Assembly (NCBI GenBank): GCA_043228905.1
Contig: JBHGNT010000016.1
Coordinates: 8,556,001 to 8,620,000 of the forward strand
DNA from: Azolla caroliniana
Taxonomy: Eukaryota > Plantae > Polypodiophyta
Direction of reading: 5' to 3'
Length of the DNA stretch: 64,000 nucleotides
A program made the position numbers and the translations under genes. Each line of letters begins with the position of its first letter. The stretch's first letter is position 1. Of this stretch, positions 52,707-64,000 are shown piece after piece. The notes under the pieces were generated by a model. It had not been told where the DNA came from. It did no database searches and was given only the letters and a program-made list of their open reading frames with translations.

Positions 52707-52893
52707 AAAAAAACACTACTTCGCATTAGTTAGCAAACAAAATTACATCATAGAACACCCAAAGTTCCTCTCACGAGCCCTCACTGGCCTTCCCACCAAA
52801 GTGGACATAGTCCCCACCTCATTTTCAACAAACGTATCCAAACAACTCCAATAACCTAATAATTTGTACCATATCTGTACAGATTTACAGCAC

Positions 52894-53559
52894 CTAGACG
52901 CTGTTGGAAACCGAAAACAGCCATCGGGGTGCTTGGTAGTTCCATTGAGGCCCTGATGATGATCTGCCCACCATAGGAGAATTACCCCATTTCAACAAGA
53001 ACTTTGATCGAGATCTTTCAACTGCATCAGATTCCCCCTTAATTGAGTCGTATCGTCCCCGCAGCCAAGATACCAACTCAAACCAGATATTTAATAATAC
53101 CTCACCGCTAGGGATCTTTTGTTGTTGAAAAACAAATTTACAACGGTTGGTCCAAATGTGCCAGACCGATAAACAAGACACCATCATCCATATCTCTTCA
53201 AAAAATTCTGAGTTAGTGCCATGTCGAACTCCAACCCGTTGAAACACCTTGCCATCCTGCACTATAAAACCATGTCCGTGGGGGTTTAACTGTTCAGCCC
53301 AGCCTTCCCCTGTTAACTTCAGCCCTTGTACGGACCCCCATACAACTCTCCCATTCACTCCGCATGTTGCCACTATCCTGAGACTTATACCCCAAATGTT
53401 AATAGCCTCGCTGCAATTCCAAAAACAATGAGGAATTGATTCGAAAGGGTGTCCACAACTTTTGCATCCAGCCTCACCACCACGACACCTAAGCCACTCC
53501 CCCACCGGCACCGCTTTGTGACTAAGAAGCCACAACCAAAGCTTTATTTTTTCTGGCAT
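52894..53559 (-). pseudogene. 3' fragment of an L1/Tx1-like LINE ORF2 (zf-RVT region)
   Basis: PEKIKLWLW...CKSCGHPFESIPHCFWNC...WHIWTNRC. Confidence 0.8.
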
Positions 53560-55384
53560 ATCGAGCGCCCATATTTCCCTTTTTTAGTCTTCTTCTTATT
53601 TGCCTTTTTATTTCCTTTTTTTCCGAATAAAGGGTACAGTTCTCCCCATTTATTATATTAGTTCACGTTAAAATGTGTAAAGTACACCAGTACATGTATA
53701 ATAAACACTTCTATCTACATACATATGTACATTATCTACCACATTACCCTATCTAGTACAGTCCTCTCCATTTATTACTGAACTCCTCTAAAACCGATAC
53801 TCATCACGAACACCAAAAAGATATTGTAATCTTCCTATATGTATTTCAGGACCACCCATTTGTGACTGTCATCTTGTCACCTAGATAATTTTAAGAAAAC
53901 AAACACCATGTACCTTCGTGGTTGGGATGCCAAGGCGAATATACCCATTTAGGCGTGGTGTATCACCATTTTATTAGTACTTTTATTATTTCATAATCGT
54001 AATTATCCATGACACAGTTCCACACATAAAGAGTCCACAAAGCATCATGAGTCATATGCATACCACACTGTAACACATCCGATGTGTTGACGGGTTCCAT
54101 GATTGGAACCGCAACACACCACCTAGATGGATTGAGCCGAGGGTCTTTCTCGACAGATAAAGAAGGCGCCCATGACTCAGGATAAGAGTCGTGGGCTTCT
54201 ATGTCTTCTCGATGGATGGAGAAGACCCCCATGACTCAAGGTGTGAGGCATGGGCTTGTGGGACGTGTACTATTGCCAAGGTGCACACGGGGAATGTAAC
54301 CTCTAGTGCATTCAATACCCCAAAGTATGCAAGTACCTATGTGGGGGATGGGAATCTCCCTAGTGACTTGTATTCAATACCATTATGATGGATATAGGGT
54401 ACTCATGTACTATATGGGGAAACTTATGAGAGAATGAAGAGGATCTTCTATATAAGCTGGACAGAGGGTGGTTGGGCGGAGGTTCAATGGATCCAAATTC
54501 TCTCACTTAGTCATTTACCCCCTTAGTCGAGGAGTGTTGACAGGCGAGTCCGAATCCAAACAGCAATCCAACCTTATTGCGAAATTTCTAGCCCCCACAC
54601 ACTCTCGAGTTATACATGCGTTGAGACTCAAATTTATCTTTACTTACGGTTACATTGAGATAATGGCTCTCATGATTTCAACCTTTTCGGTTGCTTCTCG
54701 AAAAGCTAGTATTTCTAAGACGAAATATTGGTTGTCTCAAATTACAACTTATACAAAAAGGGAGGTTATGAATCATGATATTTGTCTCTTTTGGGAAATC
54801 ATTCATACTGCAACACTTTTTGGATAGCTATTTCCTTTCGGTTTGTGGAAAAGTCATTATGTCTACAAATAAATCATTAGTGTGCATTGTCTCAAAGTGC
54901 AAATGGGAAGGTTGTGATTTTAAAGACAAACCATGACACTTTTTGGACGTCTAGTTGTAGAGTGACATTTTTGGGTGTGTAATGTTGAAAAAAAATTGTA
55001 ATTTGGGAGGTTATGACTTTAAAGATAAACCAAGATTATTTAGAATGCTCGGAAGCCTAGAATGTTACAGCCTGTAGGGCAAAAATTTGACAGGTGTCAT
55101 GCCTATCAAAGGCCATTTTGCTCGTCAAAAACAGACACCCAATGAAAATGTCTGTCAAGTGACATATAAAGTTTAAATTTCTTTTTTCATGTGAAAGGTA
55201 CCTAAATTTTATATATGTCAAATGACATGCTAAAATTCTATTTTTTCCATGTCATGACTTGTTATATATATATACACATAGAACGTAATATTCGTGTTCG
55301 TGCAAGCATTCAAACGTTTGGAAACGAACACTTTTGAAATGGGAAAAATATGTGCTCCTTTTTTTTTCATTTGTTGTCATTACA

Positions 55385-56122
55385 ATTCAGCTCACCCTAG
55401 TGGTAAGGAGTCATGCTATTGTTGTCGATGTCTTGGGTTTGATTCTCAATTTTCTCATCTCTCTCTCTCTCTCATTAGTACCATGTCATAGCAAATTTTT
55501 ATGTTAGTGTTATAATAGGTTTTTTCTTTTATTTTTGTACTATTAGAATTAAGCACAACCTAGTGGTAAGTTGCTATGCTACTATTACTTGTGTCTTGGG
55601 TTCAATTCCTAACTCTCTCATATCCTCTTGTTAGTGTCATGGTCCTTTTTCTTCTTTTTCTTTCTTTCTTTCTTATTAGAAATTAGCTCACCCAAGTGGT
55701 AAGTTGTTATGCTACTACTACCTATGTCATGACAAAATTTTATGTTAGTGTCATGTTCCTTTTTCTTTCTTTCTTTCTTTCTTTCTTTCTTTGTTATTAG
55801 AAATTAGGTCACCCTAGTGGTAAGTTGTTATGCTACTACTGCCTATGTCATGTTTTCTTCATATTCTCGAATATAAGTTTTATGAGTTTTTGATCATTTC
55901 TTTCTTTGTTATTAGAAATTAGGTCACCCTAGTGGTAAGTTGTTATGCTACTACTGCCTATGTCATGTTTTCTTCATATTCTCGAATATAAGTTTTATGA
56001 GTTTTTGATCATTTCTTTCTTTGTTATTAGAAATTAGGTCACCCTAGTGGTAAGTTGTTATGCTACTATTGCCTATGTCATGTTTTCTTCAAATTCTCAA
56101 ATAAACGTTTTATGAGTTTTTG
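55385..56122 (+). repeat. Tandem array of six tRNA/SINE-like units; the last three are near-perfect 115-bp repeats
   Basis: (T/A)AGTGGTAAG at about 55398, 55561, 55695, 55815, 55930 and 56045. B-box-like GGGTT(C/T)(A/G)ATTC appears in the first two units. Confidence 0.8.
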
Positions 56123-56353
56123 AACGTCTGATTATAATTTATAATGACATATTTTGATTCAATCTCTATAGTTCATACTCCTTTTTTTGTAAAGTTCTAA
56201 AATGAGGATGATAGAGATGTCTTGATTCACATCCCAAAAGTATGCATGTGATACAATGCAAATATTGCAACCATACTTATGTTGGTGGTTCACAATGGAT
56301 TAGAGTCCATTTATTGGGATTGAGAGTGAATCAATATATAATATAGACCCTAG

Positions 56354-56630
56354 TGACAAGAATATGCGGAATAATCTTCGGCCACAACCGAGACTTATAT
56401 CACTTAATGATAATCAAATACAGAAAGATGAGAAATGGAAGTAAGTACACAAACAGAAAAAAAAGAATGCACAGGATGTTAACGTGGAAAACCCTAAATG
56501 GAAAGAAACCACGGGAGTTCACAAACTCCAACTATCACTATATAGAGAGGAATACAACAGATGAACACAGAGGCAACAACCTCTTGCTCACAGACTTTGC
56601 TTCGCAGCAGTTACAACAGAGACTCGCTCA

Positions 56631-56684
<54 letters not shown>

Positions 56685-59600
56685 GTCTATCTCTATTCTT
56701 CTACTACACTCTCTACAGCAGTTACACCAATAACTCTATACAAAATAATAACCTCTCGAATCCACAATACAACTGTTTGCCCTAGGTCATATTTATACTA
56801 ATATGACCTTCGGGCTATTTACAAATATAGGCACAACGGGCTAACAGAGACATATTTACATATATGTCCCTTCATCCGGTGAGAGGTTCTCACTGGGCTT
56901 GCATCATTCGGTCCCCACTGGGTCTTCCTTGTCGGGTACTCATCATGCGGTTCTCACCGGGTCTTCCTTGCCGGGTACTCATCATCCCATCCGGAGGGAC
57001 CAAAATCCTAACAAACTTCCCCTTCACTTCGGCATGGGATGCCTCGTCAGTCCGATCCGCTTCCGGCATGCGTCTAGCTTGTCGGGTGTCAACACCTTGG
57101 TCAGCATATCCGACCCATTCTCCTCTATGTGGATCTTCGTCAACACGAACTCTCGATCTTCTACTCGCTCCCGGATCCAGTGGTACTTGCGTTGGATGTG
57201 CTTCGTCTGGGTATGGTAGGCCACGTTCTTTACAAGGTGGATGGCACTCTGACTATCGCAGTAGAGTTGGTATTCCTCTTGCCGGATCCCTAGCTCTCTG
57301 ATGAAGTCCTTCATCCATAATATTTCCTTGCTGGCTTCCACAGCCGCTATGTACTCCGCCTCCGTGGTTGACAATGCAACCGTCTTCTGCAACCTCGACT
57401 GCCACGAAACAGCTACCCCTGCATATGTCATGACGTATCCGGATGTTGACCGGCTGGTATCCGCATCAGCTGACATATCCGAATCGGTGAAACCGTCAAG
57501 TTGAGGTTTACCGAAGCCGAATCGGAGGCACATACTTGAGGTGCCTTTCAAGTACCGGAGTATCCACTTTATTGCGTTCCAGTGCTCCTTGTTGGGATTG
57601 CTCATAAACCGGCTCACCACTCCGACTGCATATCCGATATCCGGTCGGGTACACACCATTGCGTACATTAAGCTCTCGACGGCAGAGGCATGTGGTATCT
57701 TCATCATATTGGCCTTCTCTGCCTTCGTCTTCGGGCTTTGCTTATCGGATAATCTGCAGTTTGCCGGGAGTGTCGATCCGACCGGTTTCGCATTTGACAT
57801 GTTGAACCGCTGAAGCACCTTTGTCACGTACTTCTCTTGTGATAGCCACAATTGCTTCGATGACTGGTCTCAGATGATATGCATCCCCAGTATTTTTCTT
57901 GCCAGACCCAAGTCTTTCATTGAGAAGGTCCGATTCAAGGCCTTCTTCAGCATTAGTATCTTGACTTTGTCTCGTTCGACGATCAACATGTCATCCATGT
58001 ACAAGAGGAGTATCAGGAAGTCTCTACCTTCAAACTTCTTCACAAACACGCAATAATTGTCCTGCGTCTTGTGGTATCCTTGATCCGTCATGAAGGAGTC
58101 GAACTTCCGGTACCATTGCCGGGGAGCCTGCTTCAAACTGTAGAGGCTCTTCTTCAACCGGCAAACCAGGTGCTCCTTCCCTTTCTTCACAAATCCCTCT
58201 GGTTGCTGCATGTAGATCTCCTCTTCGAGGTCGCCATGGAGGAATGCCATCTTCACATCTAACTGCTCTACCTCGAGGTCCATGCTTGCCGCCATGCTCT
58301 GCACTGTCCGAATGGAAGTCATCTTCACTACCGGGGCAAATATCTCGTCAAAGTCCACTCCCTTCTTTTGCTGGAACCCCTTCACCACGATCCTGGCTTT
58401 GTACCTTGGGGGGTTGCCGGCATCTCCCGATTTCAACTTGTACACCCACTTATTCCGGAGTACCCGCTTTTCTTTCGACAACTCCACCAGTTCATACGTG
58501 TGGTTCTCATGCAGGGAATCCATCTCGTCCTACATGGCACTCAACCACTTGCGGCTATGGGTGTCCTCCCTCGCTTCTTTGAAGCTTTTCGGCTCCCCCT
58601 CATTTGTTAGTAACACATGCTTTGGATCCGGAAATCTCCGGGGGGCCCTTCTCTCTCTGAGAGGATATCTCTGACTTCGGTTTTCGGTAACCGGCTCCTG
58701 CATATGTTCTTCATCCGAATCCGCTTCGGGATCTTGGCCGATTCTGGTTTCAACTTCCTCTTCTTCTTCTTCTGCCGGTTCAGTATCCTCACCTTAACCG
58801 GCCGGTTCTTCGAGTGTCAACCGGCTCTTAGCCGTGTAGGTCCAAATCTCATCGAACCGATCCTTACCGGTCGACTCGGAGTTCATTATCTTCTTCTCCG
58901 ACTCCCAGTCGGCAAGGGTCTTGTCCTCCATGAAGATAATATCTCGACTCCGGAAAACCTTCTTGTCGACCAGATCCCACACTCGGTAGCCGAACTCATC
59001 ATCGCCGTATCCTAGGAATATGCAAGGCCGAGATTTTGGATCCAACTTAGCTCTTCGGTCCTTTGCAACATGCATGTACGCGAGACACCCGAACACCTTC
59101 AGATGCCGGTAAGACACTTCCTTACCGGTCCACACTCTCTGCGGCGTGTCTCCGTCCAAGGGCACTGAGGGTGATCTGTTTATCACATACGTTGTTGTCG
59201 ACAGCGCCTCAACCCAAAACGTCTTAGGTAGCTTTTTATGTGCCAACATACTCCGGGACCCTCTCCATTGTGGTCCGGTTCATCCTCTCGGCCAGCCCAT
59301 TGAGTTCCGGCGTCTTCGGCACGGTAAATTCGAGCCGGATTCCCTTCGAGCGACAGTACTCCTCGAATTGCCCTTGGTATTCTCCTTCGTTATCTACTCG
59401 AACCGCCTTCAGCTTCCGGCTGGTTTCTCTTTCCACTCTTGCGTGGAGATCCTTGAAGACGGATAACACCTGCTCCTTCGTCTTCAACGGTGTGGCCCAC
59501 AGCTTCTGGTTGTGGTCATCTATGAACGTCACGAAGTACTGCGCTCCGGCATGTGACTTCGTGTCCACTTGACACACATGGGTATGCACCAACTCCAGTT

Positions 59601-62600
59601 GTGCATTACGTCTCATCGGTGGCCTTGATCGGAAGGAGGTCTGGTTTTGCTTACCGGCCAGGCAGTCGATGCAACTCTCAAGATGCACGTTCTTGACCAG
59701 AATGAGGTTGTCATCGGCAAGCCTCTTCATTCCCTTCTCGCTCATGTGACACAGTCTCTTGTGCCACAACTCACCAACAGTGTCGAATGCAACGTTCACT
59801 TCTTCCAGGCATAATCGGGCATTCATCAGGTACAGTGTGTTGACCTTCCGAGCCCGAGCTCTATGAGGCTCCCTTTGCTGAACTTCATGACACCGTTCTG
59901 GATGCTACCCGTGTAGCCTTCATCATCCAACCGACCGGCTGATATCAGGTTCAATCGAACCTCCGAAACCTGTCGAGCATCCTTCAGCAACAACTTGCAT
60001 CCGGTTGGTGTTGTCAACTACGTGTCTCCTATGCCGACAATTCAGCATGTACCTTCATTCCCCATCCGGACATAGCCATGTTCACCGGCTGTGTAGGATG
60101 AGAAGCATTTCCTATCCGGGGTCAGGTGGAACGACGCCTTGGAATCGACAACCCACGTTGTCTCGTCGTCAGCAAGGTTCAACTCACTCTCCTCAGTGAT
60201 GAGCATCAACTCCTCCTCACTTGCTACGATTGCCGTCATTCCCTTTCGGTCCGGACCTCTACGGTTTTTGATGTTCCAGTCCGTTGACCGCTTCGAATCG
60301 GTACTGTCAGTTTCCTTGTCTTTCCGGAAGTGCCCCGGTGTCGTGTGGTTTTTCACACACGATATGAAAACTATGTAAAAAAATAATGAAATAATTATTT
60401 TAGATTAGATTAGTAGCTTGTTATAGAAAGATGGATGTACTCAAGAGCTTTAAAACGCATTTCACTACATACAAAATAGAAGTTATGAGAACATGAAGCT
60501 TGAGAAGATAGGGAAAATAGAAATTTGAACTATCCCACATAGATAGGAAACTTAAGGCCCTGGCTATTAAGCACATTGAGATCCCTCATTTTTCATTTGT
60601 GCTAAGAGCACTTTGGCCACTTTGTCTAGATGGATGAATGTGGCCAAGTTCCCAAAAAACTGACTGGCAATAAAATGGAACCGGCTGGTAATGGAACCGG
60701 TCGGTAAGCAATCCGGAACTGGCCGAAAAGCAAACAGGAACTAGCCGGAAAGCAAACCGGAATCGGTTGGTAAGCAATTCGGAACCGGCTGGAAAGCAAA
60801 CCGGAATCGACCGGAAAGCAAACAGGAACCGGTCGGTAAGCAAACCGGAACCGGCCGGAAAGCAAACCGGAACCGGCCGGTAATCAAATCGAAACCGGCG
60901 AAACCGGCAATCAGATGGAGTCGAAAACCGGGCGAAGCCGGCAACCGGAAACCAGCGACCGGACAGAATCGGCGACCGAACGAGGCTAGACGCGGACCAG
61001 ACGGATTGGATGGGTGGCGATCGAGACGGACGGATGATAGGATCATGTGGCAAATTAAAGTAAAGTAAAAGAGACTAAAGTAAAGGCCATATGGACAATC
61101 GCATGCAACTAAAAGAAAAAGCTATGCAACTAAAAATGGATGCAACTAAAAGAAGAGGCCATGCAACTAAAAGTGGGCATGCAAAGTAACATGGAAGGCT
61201 ATGATCAACAGAGAACTCCATATAAAATTCCATTTTTTTTTTCCTACTCTCATCCTCTCTCCATTTTTTAGTTTTCGTTTCCTTCTTAACTCCCTTATCT
61301 TATCGAAGCGATAAGACTCAAAAACCCTAAATTTCCCTACGAAAGCCATAAACCCTAAATTTCCTTACGGAAGTCATAAATCCTAATTTTCCTTATGGAA
61401 GCCATATCTCTCATAAACCCTAATTTCCATACATAAACGATTAAACTCATAAACCATAATCTCTTATCAAAGCCAAAAAACCTTACTTTTCTATCGAATC
61501 CATATCTCAAATTCTTCTAATCTATTACTCTAGCAGTCTCCATTAGTTAAACTTTTTGTAATTCCAATTTTGGGATTGATTATAATCTTTCTTTTCCTTT
61601 GTTAATGAAATTTATCAATCTTTCTTATTTCCATTAATTGTTTAATATAAACATACGAATCTGATATTCTCTGGTCGGAGGCCCCGGGGTCCTGCCTCAA
61701 ATTCACGTATCCTCGTCGTATTTTCATGACACCGGCTTGCCGCAATAGAAGCAAGTGGGCCTCCCCCTTGACTTTGACCGTGTCCCCGACTTTTCTCGGT
61801 TCTGGGGACTCCAATTCCTTTGTCTTCCGTGTTTCGATTCGGTAAGGAGCGCTTTGGAGTCGAAGCTCATATCCTTGTCTTTCCAACGTGCCTCCTCATC
61901 TAGCAAGCTCGACTTGACTCTTGCAAGGGATAAATGTTTTCCTTTCGGCCCGGCGTTGCCGAAAGTGACAACTAACGTCTCCCAGCTATCCGGGAAGGAA
62001 CTGAGCAGGAGTAGAGCAAGTACCTCATCGGCGAGAGGTACTTCCAACGAGGTTGCCTGGTGAATCAGCCCTTGGAAGGCATTCATGTGCTCCGCCATAC
62101 TAGAACCGTCTTGGTACTAGAGCCTAACTAGCTTCCGAAATACCGAAACCCGATTAACAACATTTTTGTTCTGAAACATGATGCCGATCTTCTCCTAGAG
62201 CTCATGAGCCTTACTCTCCTCATTAAAGTTGTTGTACAGGCTCATGTCAATGAAGCACCGTATGTATGCCGTTGTCTTCATGTGCATCACCTCCCAGATC
62301 GTGGCATCGATCTTGTCCGATCTCTTGTCCCCGAACTGAACCGGAAACCAGAGATCTTTGACCACGAGCATGTCCCTCATCTTTGACTTCCACACTAAGT
62401 AGTTGGAGCCGGTGAGCTTGAACATGCCTCCCAATGAATCTTCCATTTTCTGTGTCGTTTCGCTCTGATACCAGATTGACAAGAATATGCGGAATAATCT
62501 TCGGCCACAACCGAGACTTAGATCACTTAATGATAATCAAACACAGAAAGATGAGAAATGGAAGTAAGTACACAAACAGAAAAAAAAGAATGCATAGGAT

Positions 62601-63069
62601 GTTAACGTGGAAAACCCTAAATAGGAAGAAACCACGGGAGTTCACAAACTCCAACTATCACTATATAGAGAGGAATACAATAGATGAACACAAAGGCAAC
62701 AACCTCTTGCTCACAAACTTTGCCTTGCGGCAGTTACAACAGAGACTTGCTCAAGGTCTCTCTCTCTCTCTCTTTGTGTTATTCTGCTACACTCTGTACA
62801 ACAGTTACACCAGTAACTCTATACAAAATAATAACCTCTCGGTCATATTTATACTACTATGACCTTCGGGCTATTTACAAATATAGGCACAATGGGCTAA
62901 CAGAGACATATTTACATATATGTCCCTTCATCCGGTGAGAGGTTCTCACCACGCCTGCATCATGCGGTTCTCACCGGGTCTTCCTTGCCGGGTACTCATC
63001 ATTTGGTTCTCACCGGGTCTTCCTTGTCGAGTACTCATCATCCCATCCAGAGGGATTGAAATACTAACA
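56354..63069 (-). mobile_element. Full-length degenerate Ty1/copia Z (LTRs 56354-57013 and 62477-63069, TSD CCTAG)
   Basis: LTR pair, PBS at 62462-62473, PPT next to 57013. gag, WVVDSKAS, VDNEGEY, YKARIVVKG, LYMDDM, FTDSD. Confidence 0.95.
60339..61731. mobile_element. 1393-bp solo-LTR-like insertion with 4-bp TSD CCGG in the gag knuckle of copia Z
   Basis: TGTCGTG...CATGACA ends. CCGG at 60335-60338 and 61732-61735. Removing it restores CFYCGKPG|HFRK. Confidence 0.85.
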
Positions 63070-63632
63070 CCTAGTCAATCTAATCCAACTTGTCAATCCA
63101 ATTCAACTTTGAGATGATTTACCATACACGTTTGATTGAATCATTCTCGAATGCGAATGCACGTATGATACGTATGGTTCATTCTATATATATACACATA
63201 TAAAAGTATGTATGTACTATGAAGTGTGTATAAAAATATATTATATGTTTTTATACAACACTATAAAAATAATATCACGTAATAATGCTACATATTGTAA
63301 TGTGCACCTTAGAACCAAATTATGTCCCTTTCCATTAACCATTAGCTCTATTTATACATTCATGTTCCTTTAGTTACATTCTTGATTCGACCTCTAACTA
63401 ACTCCAATGCTTTCTTGATGTGTATTGGTTCGACTTGGGACCGAACCAACATGGTTCGGTCTCGACACATGAGACCTCTCCCTTTGAGAAAATGAAAGCC
63501 ATGATCTTAGGTGTTTCCCACCAGGTGGCCCAAAAAGTTGAGACACTTAAAAAAAATGAGCTTTTTGACTTTCCCCCTTTTCACAAAATGAAAAATCAAT
63601 TTTTTAACATCTACTAGTGCGCAGTGGATTGC

Positions 63633-63730
63633 GTGTTCTCTCCTATTTCAACTGATTTTCCTCCTATTTCGATTGTTTTTCCTCCTATTTCGACTGTGTT
63701 TTCTCCTAGTTCGACTGTGTCTTCTCCTGC
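63633..63730 (+). repeat. 21-bp tandem repeat, about 5 copies
   Basis: Degenerate units of TTTCCTCCTATTTCGACTGTG type. Confidence 0.75.
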
Positions 63731-64000
63731 TGCGTTGCGACTGCGTGGGTCACTGAACTGGGGGAGACCGTGGACTGTGCTGCCTCGCTACCTACGGTCG
63801 GTGGAAGGGTCGACATGCTTGATCTAGGTATCGTTTTAATGCGTGAAATGTGTGCAACAGTCTGGGATGATGTATCCATTCTCTGTGATCGATAGGTATT
63901 AGCCTTGATGCGGTGTGTGACCTGATAAGGATTGAGCTAGCGATGCATAAAAGACTCGCATAGTCCTTTGCGGCGGATAGGGTAATAAACTCTAACTTGG

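Noticed and set aside
52080-52733. 217-aa Phe/Leu-rich ORF and 82-aa Lys-rich antisense ORF
   Set aside because: Translations of the microsatellite and polypyrimidine tract.
53600-55260. Possible old TE or promoter elements upstream of AO
   Set aside because: Short duplicated motifs only; no termini, TSD or coding signal that I can support.
55385-55620. Functional tRNA genes
   Set aside because: Only A/B-box-like motifs; I cannot form a convincing cloverleaf or acceptor stem.

Overview
Repeat-dense eukaryotic DNA from a land plant; the retroelement spectrum suggests a non-seed plant such as a fern (inference). There is one host gene: a 10-exon aldehyde oxidase (molybdo-flavoenzyme) on the minus strand, 41182-52349, about 1553 aa from my exon assembly. 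Most of 1-39.5 kb and 56.3-63.1 kb is nested retroelements that I resolved from LTR pairs, PBS, PPT and target-site duplications (TSDs). They comprise several Ty1/copia elements, a chromodomain Ty3/gypsy, an RTEX-like LINE, Arg-primed elements and five members of a tRNA-Trp-primed gypsy-like group. Highlights: (1) the Trp-primed group makes 4-bp TSDs and its insertion sites are centred on CpG (four directly, one inferred); (2) a structurally intact chromovirus lacks gag/protease, has TG...TA ends and carries a periodic stem-loop array where gag should be; (3) a copia RT has its YVDD core replaced by an in-frame 279-bp triplication; (4) a young non-coding LTR element; (5) microsatellite- and TTAGGG-encoded insertions in the aldehyde oxidase. 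All coordinates were read by eye; no searches were run.
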